Below, in pieces: positions 20,835 through 30,666 of a stretch of 64,000 nucleotides of DNA; position 1 is the first letter of the stretch, and the number at the start of each line of letters is the position of its first letter. The notes under the pieces were generated by a model. It ran no database searches. It saw nothing but the letters and a program-made list of their open reading frames with translations, and was not told the DNA's origin. Position numbers and translations under genes: made by a program. This DNA comes from Vulcanimicrobiota bacterium (GTDB lineage Bacteria > Vulcanimicrobiota > Vulcanimicrobiia > Vulcanimicrobiales > Vulcanimicrobiaceae): NCBI GenBank assembly GCA_963844705.1, contig CAWJPI010000005.1, forward strand, positions 136 to 64,135, read 5' to 3'.

Positions 20835-22208
20835 ATGAAGGATATGAAACGCAACCTCTGCCTCGCGCTCCTCGCAGCGCTAGCCCTCACGACGGCGCGC
20901 CTGCTGCCCGTATCGGCGGCGAACCCGCCGCACCTTTCGCCCACCGACGCGGCCGAACTCTCGACGAGCTATCAATATCTCACTGAGAACTTCTATAAGA
21001 AGGTCGATCCGCAGCTGGTGCTCGACTCGGTGCGTTCGACGCTGCTCGAAGCGATGCGTACCGCCGGCGTGAAGAACGCGGCGCTGCCCGCGATGCACAA
21101 CGCCGGAACGCCAGGCGACATTCGCGAGATCGATCGCGAAGTTGAAGCCGCTTCGCGCGAAACGCACAAGTTCAGCTCTCACGAACTCAGCTACGTCGCG
21201 CTCGACGGCATGATGCGCTCGGTGAACGATCGCTACACCGTATTTCTCACACCCAAGGAGTACGCCGGGCTCAACGAGGGCCTCGACGGCGGCGACTTCG
21301 GGGGCACCGGCATCGTGATCCAGGTCGACGACAAGACGAAATACATTACCGTCGAGAACGTCGTTCCCGACGGCCCCGCCGACAAGGCCGGCGTCGAGCA
21401 GGACGACCTCATCACTACGATCGACGGCGTCTCGACGAAAGGCTTGGGCATCTCCGCCGCGAGCGGCAAGCTGCGCGGCAAGGAAGGCACGCGCGTAACG
21501 CTCACGATTGAACGCGACGGCGCGGCCGTGGCGCCGATCACGATCACGCGCGCCAAAATCCACCAGCTCAGCGTCTACGAGAAGATGCTGCCCGGCAAGA
21601 TCGGCTACGTCGCGCTCACCGTCTTCGGCCGCGACACCGGCGACGAGTTGACCCCGGCGCTGCAGCGCCTGCAGCGTGAAGGCGCCCGCGCGCTCGTGCT
21701 CGACCTGCGCGACAACGGCGGCGGCTACCTCGAAGCAGCGGTCGCGGTAAGCTCGAAGTTCATCTCGAGCGGCCCGATCGTGTCGGTGGAGTCGCGCGCT
21801 TCGAACGTCACCACGCTCGACGCCGACGACACGGCGATCCAGCCGCTGCCGCTGGCGGTGCTGGTGAACGGCTATACCGCATCGGCTTCAGAGATCACCT
21901 CGGGAGCGATCCAGGACAGCAGCGTCGGCACGATCATCGGCACCAAAACGTTCGGCAAAGGCGTCGTGCAGACGATCTATCCGCTCCCCGACGGCAGCGC
22001 GATCAAAGTGACCACGGCGCGCTATCTGACGCCGCGCAATCGCGACATCAACCACCTCGGCATTACGCCCGACATCGTGATCGGCGAGAACAAGCGCGCG
22101 CTCTACGGCGATCCCGCCAAAGACGACCAGCTCACGCGCGCGCTCGACTTCCTCAACGCACGCTTGGCGAGATTGAACCAAGAGAACGGCAACGCTTCCA
22201 ATATCTAA
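20835..22208 (+). CDS. S41 family C-terminal processing peptidase (copy 2)
   Basis: The 457-aa ORF has a signal peptide, a PDZ region (PDGPADKAGVEQDDLI), LDLRDNGGG, ASASEITSGAIQD and GTKTFGKG. It starts 1 nt after copy 1 ends. Confidence 0.85.
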   Translation: MKDMKRNLCLALLAALALTTARLLPVSAANPPHLSPTDAAELSTSYQYLTENFYKKVDPQLVLDSVRSTLLEAMRTAGVKNAALPAMHNAGTPGDIREIDREVEAASRETHKFSSHELSYVALDGMMRSVNDRYTVFLTPKEYAGLNEGLDGGDFGGTGIVIQVDDKTKYITVENVVPDGPADKAGVEQDDLITTIDGVSTKGLGISAASGKLRGKEGTRVTLTIERDGAAVAPITITRAKIHQLSVYEKMLPGKIGYVALTVFGRDTGDELTPALQRLQREGARALVLDLRDNGGGYLEAAVAVSSKFISSGPIVSVESRASNVTTLDADDTAIQPLPLAVLVNGYTASASEITSGAIQDSSVGTIIGTKTFGKGVVQTIYPLPDGSAIKVTTARYLTPRNRDINHLGITPDIVIGENKRALYGDPAKDDQLTRALDFLNARLARLNQENGNASNI

Positions 22209-22213
22209 ATAAT

Positions 22214-22244
22214 AAAGAGGGCCTCTGATATAGAGGTCCTCTTT
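22214..22244. terminator. bidirectional intrinsic terminator hairpin between convergent ctp and RNase E/G genes
   Basis: AAAGAGGGCCTCT-GATAT-AGAGGTCCTCTTT forms a 13-bp stem with one mismatch. It is flanked by an A-run upstream and T-rich sequence downstream, and lies in the 88-nt convergent gap. Confidence 0.7.
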
Positions 22245-22296
22245 ATTGTTACGCTCTTCTTTTTTCGCCCAACCCGCAAACAGCTCTCTCTCTGCG

Positions 22297-24914
22297 TTAC
22301 TCGTCGGCCGTTGCGGCTTTCTTGCGGCGCGGCCTTCTGGTCGTGCTTTCGGCCGGCGCCGGTGCAGCCGGCGTCGCAGCAGCTGCCTTGCGCGTGCGCT
22401 TCGGCTTCGCCGCAGGCGCAGCGGGTGCGGCCTTCGGTTCGGCTTTCTTGGACGTCGCGGCCTTGCGCGTGCGCTTCGGTTTCTCTTGCGATGCGGGGAG
22501 CGCGATCGCCGCCGGCGTCGCCGCCAGCTCGGCCTTCACGCTCGTGCTCGTAGTCGTGCGGCGGCGTGCCGGACGGGTGCGCTTCGGCGGCTCCTGAGCG
22601 GGCGCGCTGAGGCTGGGCGGTGGCGCTTCGACCGCGGGTGGCGTGGATCGCACGCGCGTCGCGACGGCGCGCGATGGTTCGGGCGGCGCGGTCGTTCCGG
22701 TCGGGTGCGTGCTGCCGTCGGTCGAACACTTCGAAGATATGACGATCGGGCATCGCGCCGGGCGCGGCTCCGTCGCCGCGTCCGCGGCCGCCACGGCCGC
22801 GACGGCGACGGCGGCGACGGCGGTGTTGCGAATCACCGTCGCTCGCGGCAGCCTCGGACGGCTGCGGTGCTGCGGGCCGCGCGGCCACGGTCGGGGCGGC
22901 CGCCGTTGCGGCCATTTCCTCGCCTAAACCGCGACCGCGTCCGCCGCGACGGCGACGGCGACGCCGCTTGCGCCCTGCATCGTCGGCATGTTGTACCGCA
23001 CCTTCGACGATGACGATCGCGTCGGGCTGCGCTTCGCCGCGGCGCTCCGCGCTCAATGCTTTGTCCTGCGCTTCCTCTTCCTCGGTGACCGAGGTGATGC
23101 CGATGGGCGGACGCGCGGCCGATTGACGCGCGGCGTCTTCGGCGAGCTCGCGCAGCTGGCGCGTCTGTTCGGCGGCGGTGAGCGTGGCTTTGCGCGCCGG
23201 CCGCTTGCGGCGCGCCTTCGCGCCGGCGGTCACCATCTCGGCGAGCACGTAGTCGTCGGAATCGTCAACGTCGAGGACGCGAATGCGCACGAAGTTGCCG
23301 GCGTTGTTGGCGGCGTTCTCGACCTCCGCCACGCGCCCGTCGACGATCGCCGCCGCGGACGTTGCATTGGGCAGACGTCCCGCCAGCAGTTCGACCTCGT
23401 GCTCGTCGCCCACGCGGATCGGCTTCTCGCGCTGCGCGGCCTGCGCAGCCACCAACTCGATGCGCGCCTTCTCCGGATGGATCAGTCGGATCCACGCGCA
23501 CCAGGATCGGATGTCCGATCGACTTGGCCAGCTCTTGGCACTCCTCTTCGTACCAGAAATCCATCTGCACCGCGACCGTCGGCGCCACGTGGACGAGCAT
23601 ATCGCCCGTCGCGCCGGTTCGCGCGCGGTCGCGAATTTGGCGGAAGGTTTCGATCGCCACCGATTGCGACGACATCACGCTCCCCAAGCCGGCGCACGTG
23701 GGACAAGTTCCACGCAACTGCGCGCCAAGATCTTTGCCGATGCGCTTGCGCGTAAACTCCAGCAATCCCAGATTCGAAAACGATTGAATGGTCGCGCGGG
23801 TACGGTCGCGGCGTAAGTTATCTTCCATCGTCTTGATCACGCGATCGCGCGACGACTCCGAGGCCATGTCGATGAAGTCCACGACGATGATGCCGCCGAT
23901 GTCGCGCAGACGAACTTGGCGCGCGATCTCCTCGGCCGCTTCGATATTTGTTTTGAGGATCGTATCCTCGAGATTGCGGCCGCCGGTGAACTTTCCGGAG
24001 TTCACGTCGATCACGGTGAGCGCCTCGGTGGATTCGATCACGATCGACGCGCCTGAAGGCAGGTTGATCTTGGGCCGCATCAGCTTTTGCAGCTCGGCCT
24101 CGATGTTATAGTCGTCGAAGAGCGAACGGCCGGAGTTGTAGTACTCGATGCGGTCGATGTACTGCGGCCCGAGCAGCTGCAGGAAATCGCGAATCCTGCG
24201 GTACTCTTCCTCGTCGTCGATCAGCACGCGCTCGACGTCAGCGGTGATAAAGTCGCGCGCCGCTTTGTAGACGAGGTTCATGTCTTTGTGCAGCAGCGCC
24301 GGCGCCTGCACGCGTTTGTAGCGCTCGAGAATGCCGTGCCACATGCGAATCAAAACGCCGAGATCCGCGATCAGCTCCGCCTCGCTCGCGCCTGCGGCGG
24401 CCGTGCGCACCACCGTCGCCATTCCTTCGGGACGGATGCGCTTCATCACGCTCTTGAGGCGATTGCGTTCGTCAACCGACTCGATCTTGCGCGAGACGCC
24501 CGAGTACTTGCCGGTGGGCATCAGGATCAGGTAGCGTCCGGGCAGCGAGATGTTCGTCGAGATTCTCGCGCCCTTGAGGCCGCGCGGCTCCTTGACGATC
24601 TGCACGAGCACGTCGTCGCCGCGTTTGACCTTCTCGCTGATGGTGAACCCGCTGTGGCCTTGCGTGATCTCCACGTCGCCGATGTTCAGCGGTTGCTTGT
24701 TGATGTCGTCGACGTACAGGAAGGCGTTGCGCCCGAGCCCGATGTCGGCGAACGCCGCTCCCATTCCCGGGAGGACGTTCTGTACTTTTCCTTTGTAGAT
24801 CGAGCCGATGACTTTCTCTTCGCGCTCGATGTAGAGTTCGGCTAAATCGCCGTCCTCGAGTATGGCGACCCGGTTTTCCCAGGGGTCGCTCGAGATCAAT
24901 ATCTCGCTCGACAA
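22297..24914 (-). pseudogene. rne: ribonuclease E/G family protein with long Arg/Lys/Pro/Ala-rich C-terminal tail, two frame changes (near 23470 and 22720)
   Basis: The TTG start at 24914 has GAGGA upstream. An S1 domain (GSIYKGKVQNVLPGMGAAFADIG) and catalytic core (VIDVNSGKF...GGIIVVDFIDM) follow. The sequence continues in a second frame (HPEKARIELV...) and a third frame with repeated KPKRTRKAA units. Confidence 0.85.
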
Positions 24915-25118
24915 ATTATCCTCAGTTTGTAGAGCTTGCCGTCGCCGCCGCGCCTACCGTTTTCGGGGCGCCGTCTCGGGGGCGCCGCGGGCCGCGACTG
25001 CTAGCTCGGAAAAAATTTTGTGCCTAATACGTTTTTGCCGGCGGCCCTGCGTCGCGTGACGGAGCCTGCCGGCGTGGTTGCTCTGTTCCCCCCCGGCGCA
25101 AACCGGACCTGCACCGGC

Positions 25119-26498
25119 CTACTCGTCGTCGGGGTCGCGGTAATCGACCGGTTGCCGCAGGAAGTCTTCCTGCGTCATCTTCGAGGGAATCGGGACGAAC
25201 TTGCGGGGTTCGCGGTCGAAATCGAAGGCATCCCTGGCGGGGGAGGTCGCTCGGGCGTCGCTGGCGGCGAGCGTCGCCAGCCCGAAGCGCTCCTCGATGA
25301 AGCGCAGAATGCTGCCGTGCTCGTACTGCACGTGCGAGACGTAACCTTGCCGCGCGTACGGCGAGACGATCAGCATCGGGATGCGATAGCCCAGCCCGTC
25401 GTAGTCGACCTTGTGCGGCGGAACGTGATCGTACCAGCCGCCGGGATCGTCCCAGAAGATGAAGACCGCCGTGGATTTCCAGAACTGCGATTCACCGATC
25501 GCGTTAACGAGCGTCGCGACCCACTCCGGGCCCGTATGCGAGTTGCAGCCGGCATGATCGGAGTTGGGGCACGACGGCGTGATCCAGGTGACGGCACCGA
25601 GGTCGCCCTTCTTGATGTCGGTAAAGAAACGCGTCGGCGGGCTGACGACGTCTTTCTTCCAGTCGGGACCGTTGCGGATGTGCTTGATCGCCTGATAGGC
25701 GCTCCACAGGAAACCCGTGTTGCGTGCGGAGGCGTAGTATTTCCACGGAAGGTTCAGCTTGTCGAGTTCGTCGCCGATCGTTTGGTTATTGAAGCATGGC
25801 GAGATGCTCGGACCCAGCGCGCGCTCTTTGGTGACCGTCGGGACTTTGTCGCCGGCACCGCCGCCGCAGCCCCACGGCCCGCCCTCGGGGATATTCGTTG
25901 CCGAGTTGGCCTGCGCTGCGATGATGTACTGGTGCGAGATGAAGCTGCTGCCGTCGAGATTCGAGGCGAACATTCGATCGGCGATCACGTATTGGCTGGC
26001 GATGTCGAAATACGGTTTGGTCTCGCTCTGCGGAACGTAACCGTACTGCGGCATCTTATACGGGCACGGCGGCTGTCCGGGCTGGCCGCAGGTCACCGGT
26101 TCTTTATCCCAACCGTCCATCCGGCAGCCGGTGCCGGGATAGGCGTTGCGGCCGTCGCAGGTGAGCAAGAACGACGAGAGCACGTGCTGCAAATCCCAGA
26201 AGCTCGCGAGATCGATCGGCTTGAGCGGTACGCGGTCGCCCTTGCTATCGTAGCCCCAGGAGCGCGTATCGGCGCCGGGCACGCCTTGAAAGAGATTGTC
26301 GAAGCTGCGGTTCTCTTGGATGATGACGACGACGTGTTGGATTTTGCGGTCGAGCCACGAGTTAGGCTGAATGAAGGCCGCGGCTTTCTGCGGATTGCCC
26401 GCCGGCAGTGCGGCATACTGCGGCGAGCCGCACGCACTAAGAAGAGAAAAGGCGACCGCTAAAGCCGGCAGCCGGAAGCACGCTCTCATCACGCCCAC
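25119..26498 (-). CDS. phosphoesterase family lipoprotein (PLC/AcpA type)
   Basis: The 459-aa ORF has the lipoprotein signal LLSACG and the family signature VVIIQENRSFDNLFQG near the N-terminus. Confidence 0.75.
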   Translation of the reverse strand: MGVMRACFRLPALAVAFSLLSACGSPQYAALPAGNPQKAAAFIQPNSWLDRKIQHVVVIIQENRSFDNLFQGVPGADTRSWGYDSKGDRVPLKPIDLASFWDLQHVLSSFLLTCDGRNAYPGTGCRMDGWDKEPVTCGQPGQPPCPYKMPQYGYVPQSETKPYFDIASQYVIADRMFASNLDGSSFISHQYIIAAQANSATNIPEGGPWGCGGGAGDKVPTVTKERALGPSISPCFNNQTIGDELDKLNLPWKYYASARNTGFLWSAYQAIKHIRNGPDWKKDVVSPPTRFFTDIKKGDLGAVTWITPSCPNSDHAGCNSHTGPEWVATLVNAIGESQFWKSTAVFIFWDDPGGWYDHVPPHKVDYDGLGYRIPMLIVSPYARQGYVSHVQYEHGSILRFIEERFGLATLAASDARATSPARDAFDFDREPRKFVPIPSKMTQEDFLRQPVDYRDPDDE

Positions 26499-26548
26499 AC
26501 GACAATCCTTAGCAACGCCGTGCGAGCCTCCCTGCAGAGGCTAGCCTG

Positions 26549-27691
26549 CTACGCATTCCCGAGCACGTCGCGGTTTCGTTGCGAGTAAATGTTTAGCAGG
26601 ATGCCTAAGGCGGCGAAGTCGGTAAGCATGGCCGAACCGCCGTACGACATGAAGGGCAGCGGAATTCCGGTGATCGGCATGATCCCCACGGTCATTCCCA
26701 CGTTGACCAGCACGTGGAAGAATAGGAGACCGACGAGCCCCGCGGAGAGCAGAAAGCCGAAGCGATCGCGCGCGGCGATCATCGTGCCAACCCCGCCATA
26801 GAGCACGGTCGCATAGAGAGCCAGTAGGACCGCGGCGCCGACGAATCCCCACTCTTCTGCGAGCACGGTGAATATGAAGTCTCGCGAGTGCTCCGGCACG
26901 AAGTTGAGCTGCGTCTGCGTGCCGCGGAAGAGACCGCGCCCGAACCATTCCCCGTTCCCGACCGCGATCTTCGACTGCGCGAGGTTGTAGCCGGAGCCTT
27001 GCGGATCGGCGTGCGGATTGAGAAAGACGAAGAGCCGCGCGCGCTGGAACGGTTTGAGCACGGCGTTGGTTCCGACCGCGGCCGCCCCGGCGACGAACAT
27101 CGCGAGCACGTAGATCCCGAAATCGCCGAGCTTGGGCAGCGCGAAGAACAGCTCGACGGTGAGCATCGCGACCAGGGTCAGCGACGTGCCCAAATCGGGC
27201 TGCTTGAGAATCAGCAGCGCCGGAACCCCGACGAGCAGCAGCGGCTTCCAGAGGTCTTGCAGATTCGCGTAGGTGCCGCGGCAGAGCACCGCGGCCAGCG
27301 AGATCGCGACGATCAGCTTGGCGGGCTCTGAGGGCTGAAACGTTCCCAGCGGACCCAGGGAGATCCATCGCTGCGCGCCCAGCGCGCTGTGGCCGCCGCG
27401 CAGGATGAAGAGCAGCAGCAGCAGGTTGGCAACGTAGAGCGCCGGCGCCCAGCGCTTCCAATTGCGATAGTCGACGAGAGAGACGGCAAGCATCACCGGC
27501 ACGCCGAGCGTGAGATAGAATATCTGCTTAAAGAACTCGCTGCGCGCCTCGGGCGCGTGCAATCCGGCGGAGCGTATGCAGACCAAGCCGATGAGCGAGA
27601 TCGCGATCCCGCCCAGCGCCAGCGGCCAGTTGACGTTGCGCAGCGCGCGTACGGCGCCGCTCCCGGCAGTATGCGAAGCCGAAACGGCCAT
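26549..27691 (-). CDS. rodA: FtsW/RodA/SpoVE family peptidoglycan glycosyltransferase, rodA by context
   Basis: The 380-aa polytopic ORF ends with the family block TGIPLPFMSYGGSAMLT. It starts 21 nt downstream of minE. Confidence 0.8.
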   Translation of the reverse strand: MAVSASHTAGSGAVRALRNVNWPLALGGIAISLIGLVCIRSAGLHAPEARSEFFKQIFYLTLGVPVMLAVSLVDYRNWKRWAPALYVANLLLLLFILRGGHSALGAQRWISLGPLGTFQPSEPAKLIVAISLAAVLCRGTYANLQDLWKPLLLVGVPALLILKQPDLGTSLTLVAMLTVELFFALPKLGDFGIYVLAMFVAGAAAVGTNAVLKPFQRARLFVFLNPHADPQGSGYNLAQSKIAVGNGEWFGRGLFRGTQTQLNFVPEHSRDFIFTVLAEEWGFVGAAVLLALYATVLYGGVGTMIAARDRFGFLLSAGLVGLLFFHVLVNVGMTVGIMPITGIPLPFMSYGGSAMLTDFAALGILLNIYSQRNRDVLGNA

Positions 27692-27712
27692 GAGGGCCGA
27701 TGCGGACGGTCT

Positions 27713-28162
27713 CTACGAAGCTCCTGCCGGAGCCGGCGTGGCGGCGGGTGCGGCGCCCTTCGCCGCCGCGGCCTTCTTGCTCGACTTGCGGCGCCGCTTG
27801 CGAACCGGCGGCTTGTTGGCTTCCGCCGGCGGTTCGGCCGACGCGGCCTGCGTGGGCTCGGGCATCTCCTTCGGCGGCTCGGGCGCGGCGTGCGTGCCGT
27901 TGCCGTTGGGACGGTTCACCGAGAGGATCGGAATGTTGGCGAGCATTGCGAGCGCGCTATCTTGCCGCTCGAAGTTCACCTCGATGCGTTCGCGATCGAC
28001 CTCGACGTAGCGCGAGATCACGTCGACGAGATCGCGCTTCATCGCCTCGATCATCTCGGGCGCCAGCTCGAGGTGATCGGTCATCAGCACGAGGCGCAAG
28101 CGATCCTTCGCAGTAGCACTCGAGCCGGGCTGCCCGAAGAGGCGGCGCAGGAACTCGATCAC
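27713..28162 (-). CDS. minE: cell division topological specificity factor MinE with about 60-aa basic/Pro/Ala C-terminal extension
   Basis: The GTG at 28162 overlaps the minD-2 stop as GTGA. The translation VIEFLRRLFGQPGSSATAKDRLRLVLMTDHLELAPEMIEAMKRDLVDVISRYVEV matches the MinE pattern. The ORF track hides this gene inside the longer ORF 27713..28756. Confidence 0.8.
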   Translation of the reverse strand: MIEFLRRLFGQPGSSATAKDRLRLVLMTDHLELAPEMIEAMKRDLVDVISRYVEVDRERIEVNFERQDSALAMLANIPILSVNRPNGNGTHAAPEPPKEMPEPTQAASAEPPAEANKPPVRKRRRKSSKKAAAAKGAAPAATPAPAGAS

Positions 28163-29016
28163 GCGCGCTTCCCTCCGAGGAACTCGCCGACGCGCTCGAA
28201 GAGCGACGGCTTGCTCGACGCCGGCATCGGCGCGGGCACGTCGTCGCCGGCGATGCGCGCGGCGATCGCGTGATAGGCCGCGCCCGTCGGCGTAGTACGC
28301 TGCAACGCGAGCGGCTCGCCGCGATTTGTCGTGACGATGATCTCCGGCTCGTCGGCGATCACGCCGAGCAGGGGCAACCGCAGGATGCCGTTGACGTCGT
28401 CGACGCTGAGCATCTTGCCTTTGCGCACCAGCGCCGGACGCAGGCGGTTGATTACCAGCTGCGGGCGAAAGCGATTGCCGAGCAAGCCGACCACGCGGTC
28501 GACGTCGCGCACCGCGGAGACCTCGGGCGTGCAGACGACGATCGCCTCGTCGGCGCCCGCCACGGCGTTCCTGAAGCCCAGCTCGATGCCCGCGGGGCAG
28601 TCGATCAGCACGTAGTCGAAACGCTCGCGCAGGCTCGCGACCAGTTCCTTCATCTTGTGGGTCTCGACGTCGTCCTTCTCGCGCGACTGCGCGGCGGCGA
28701 GGAGAAAGAGCGTCTCGGTATGCTTGCCGGCGACGAGCGCGTCGTCGAGCGAACACTGCTCTTCGAGCACGTCGAGCAAGTGGTGCTTCACGCGACTCTC
28801 GAGGCCGAGCACGATGTCGAGGTTCCGCAGGCCCACGTCGGCGTCGACGAGCACGACCTTCGCGCCGCGCTGCGCGAGCGCGGTGCCGAGATTGGCGGTC
28901 GTCGTCGTCTTGCCCACGCCGCCTTTGCCCGAAGTGAGCACGATCGCGCGGCCCAGCGCCTTTGCGGGCGGGGCGGCCGCCTCGATCTCCTGCGGAACGG
29001 ATTGAATCTGCGACAC
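28159..29016 (-). CDS. minD: septum site-determining ATPase MinD, paralogue 2
   Basis: The 285-aa ORF has the deviant Walker A SGKGGVGKTT, DADVGLRNLD, DCPAG, and a C-terminal amphipathic tail SLFERVGEFLGGKRA. It carries an N-terminal extension of about 20 aa. Confidence 0.85.
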   Translation of the reverse strand: MSQIQSVPQEIEAAAPPAKALGRAIVLTSGKGGVGKTTTTANLGTALAQRGAKVVLVDADVGLRNLDIVLGLESRVKHHLLDVLEEQCSLDDALVAGKHTETLFLLAAAQSREKDDVETHKMKELVASLRERFDYVLIDCPAGIELGFRNAVAGADEAIVVCTPEVSAVRDVDRVVGLLGNRFRPQLVINRLRPALVRKGKMLSVDDVNGILRLPLLGVIADEPEIIVTTNRGEPLALQRTTPTGAAYHAIAARIAGDDVPAPMPASSKPSLFERVGEFLGGKRA

Positions 29017-29017
29017 G

Positions 29018-29809
29018 CTATCCTACTTTCAACGCACCGATGAGACGGCCGAAGAGACTCGTGTTGTCGAAGTTGGTGAACGGAACCATCTCGCCTTCCA
29101 AGCGGCGCGCGATTTTGTCGTAGATCGCGCGCAAGCGGCCGCCCTCGCGCAGCGCGATCGGTTCGCCGCGATTGGTCGTGTCGATCACCTCTTCGTCGTC
29201 GGGCACGACGCCGAGGAGTTCGACCGAGAGCACTTCGCACACATCCTCAACCGAAAGCATGTCGCCGCTGCGCACCATCTCGGGGCGCAACCGGTTGACG
29301 ATTAGGCGGATCGGCTTACGATCGTGCGCGATCTTGCCGACCACCCGATCCGCGTCGCGGATGGCGCTGACTTCGGGCGTCGTGACGACGATCGCCTCGT
29401 CGGCTCCGCCCACGGCATTGCGAAAGCCCGTCTCGATGCCCGCCGGGCAATCGATCAGCACGTAATCGGCCTGCTCGGCCGCCAGATCGACGATCGCGCG
29501 AAACTGCTCGAGCGAGATCGCGTCCTTCTCGCGCGTTTGCGCGGCCGGAAGCACGGAGAGCGATTCGAAGCGCTTGTCGCGGATTAGCGCTTGGCGCAGC
29601 TGACAGCGACCCTCGGCCACCTCGACCAGATCGAAAACGATGCGTTTCTCCAGCCCGAGCACGAGATCGAGATTGCGCAGCCCAATGTCGGCGTCGATGA
29701 GGATCACGCGCTTCCCGCGCATGGCCAGCGTAGCGCCGAGATTGGCGGTTGTCGTCGTCTTGCCGACGCCGCCCTTGCCCGAGGTGACGACGATGCGCCG
29801 CGCGCTCAC
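29018..29809 (-). CDS. minD: septum site-determining ATPase MinD, paralogue 1
   Basis: The 263-aa ORF has SGKGGVGKTT, DADIGLRNLD, DCPAG, and the C-terminal tail SLFGRLIGALKVG. It ends 1 nt before paralogue 2 starts. Confidence 0.9.
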   Translation of the reverse strand: MSARRIVVTSGKGGVGKTTTTANLGATLAMRGKRVILIDADIGLRNLDLVLGLEKRIVFDLVEVAEGRCQLRQALIRDKRFESLSVLPAAQTREKDAISLEQFRAIVDLAAEQADYVLIDCPAGIETGFRNAVGGADEAIVVTTPEVSAIRDADRVVGKIAHDRKPIRLIVNRLRPEMVRSGDMLSVEDVCEVLSVELLGVVPDDEEVIDTTNRGEPIALREGGRLRAIYDKIARRLEGEMVPFTNFDNTSLFGRLIGALKVG

Positions 29810-30666
29810 GTCGATGCCGTCTTGGAGCGCTCGAGCGCGTCGAGCCGGTCGAGCTTGAGGATTGCGATGCGCCCGTCTTGGGCGACCGCCGCTTCGGGCA
29901 CCGGCGCGCCGCGGCGTTTCTTCTCGCCTTCGGCCGCGATGCAGGTGGCGATGCGCAGCTGCGTCGGCGCCAGATCGAGCGCGTAGATGCGCGCGTCGGC
30001 GTCGCCTTGGGCCCCCGCGTGGGCGATGCCCGCAAGGCGTCCGAATACGACGATGTCACCGGTGGCTACCAGCTCCGCTCCGGGATTGACGTCGCCGACG
30101 ACGACGATGTTGCCGGTGTGGTGCAGCACTTGCCCGCCGCGCAGCGTCGCAGGATGGTAGAGCGTCGCCGGCGGCGCGTCGACCACGCGCAGCACCGGCG
30201 CGGTCGTCGGGTCGGGCGGCGTCTGGGAGGGGTGGCGGCGTACGCTGGCCTCGCCGCGGCTGCGGCGCTGGGCGATGTCGCCGCGCGCGCCGGCGAAATC
30301 GGCGACGAGCGAGCGAGCGGCTTCGGAGAGGTGCACCTCGGGGCGTGGACGGCCGGCTCGCCGGCGTTCCAGCTCCCCACGCGGCGGCCCGAACTGCAGC
30401 GATGCGTCTTGCGCCAAAGTGGGCAGGTGCTCGTCGGTTCCGGTGATTGCGGTCAAAACGATGCCGGCCGCGCTGAGCACGACGCCCAGCAGTGCGAGAT
30501 CCCGCGCCGAGGGCTGATCGCCCGAGAAGTTGACCGTCGCCGAGGCACCGCGATAGAAACTTGGTTGCTCGCCAAGCCGGGCATGAAGATCGACGAAGCC
30601 CCGTTCGAGGTCGCCGGGGGCGAGCGTCACTTCAAGGCCGCCACGCCTACCTCGTAAGAGTGTCAC
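29806..30666 (-). CDS. minC: septum site-determining protein MinC
   Basis: The 286-aa ORF has a C-terminal beta-helix block (LRGGQVLHHTGNIVVVGDVNPGAELVATGDIVVFGRLAGIAHAG). It overlaps minD-1 by 4 nt. Confidence 0.85.
   Translation of the reverse strand: MTLLRGRRGGLEVTLAPGDLERGFVDLHARLGEQPSFYRGASATVNFSGDQPSARDLALLGVVLSAAGIVLTAITGTDEHLPTLAQDASLQFGPPRGELERRRAGRPRPEVHLSEAARSLVADFAGARGDIAQRRSRGEASVRRHPSQTPPDPTTAPVLRVVDAPPATLYHPATLRGGQVLHHTGNIVVVGDVNPGAELVATGDIVVFGRLAGIAHAGAQGDADARIYALDLAPTQLRIATCIAAEGEKKRRGAPVPEAAVAQDGRIAILKLDRLDALERSKTAST

Noticed and set aside
22205-22296. Extension of the RNase E/G reading frame (ORF 22205..23455) through the ctp/rne intergenic hairpin.
   Set aside because: That frame is out of register with the plausible Lys/Pro/Ala tail, which stops at 22297. 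It would also read through the terminator hairpin and overlap the ctp stop.
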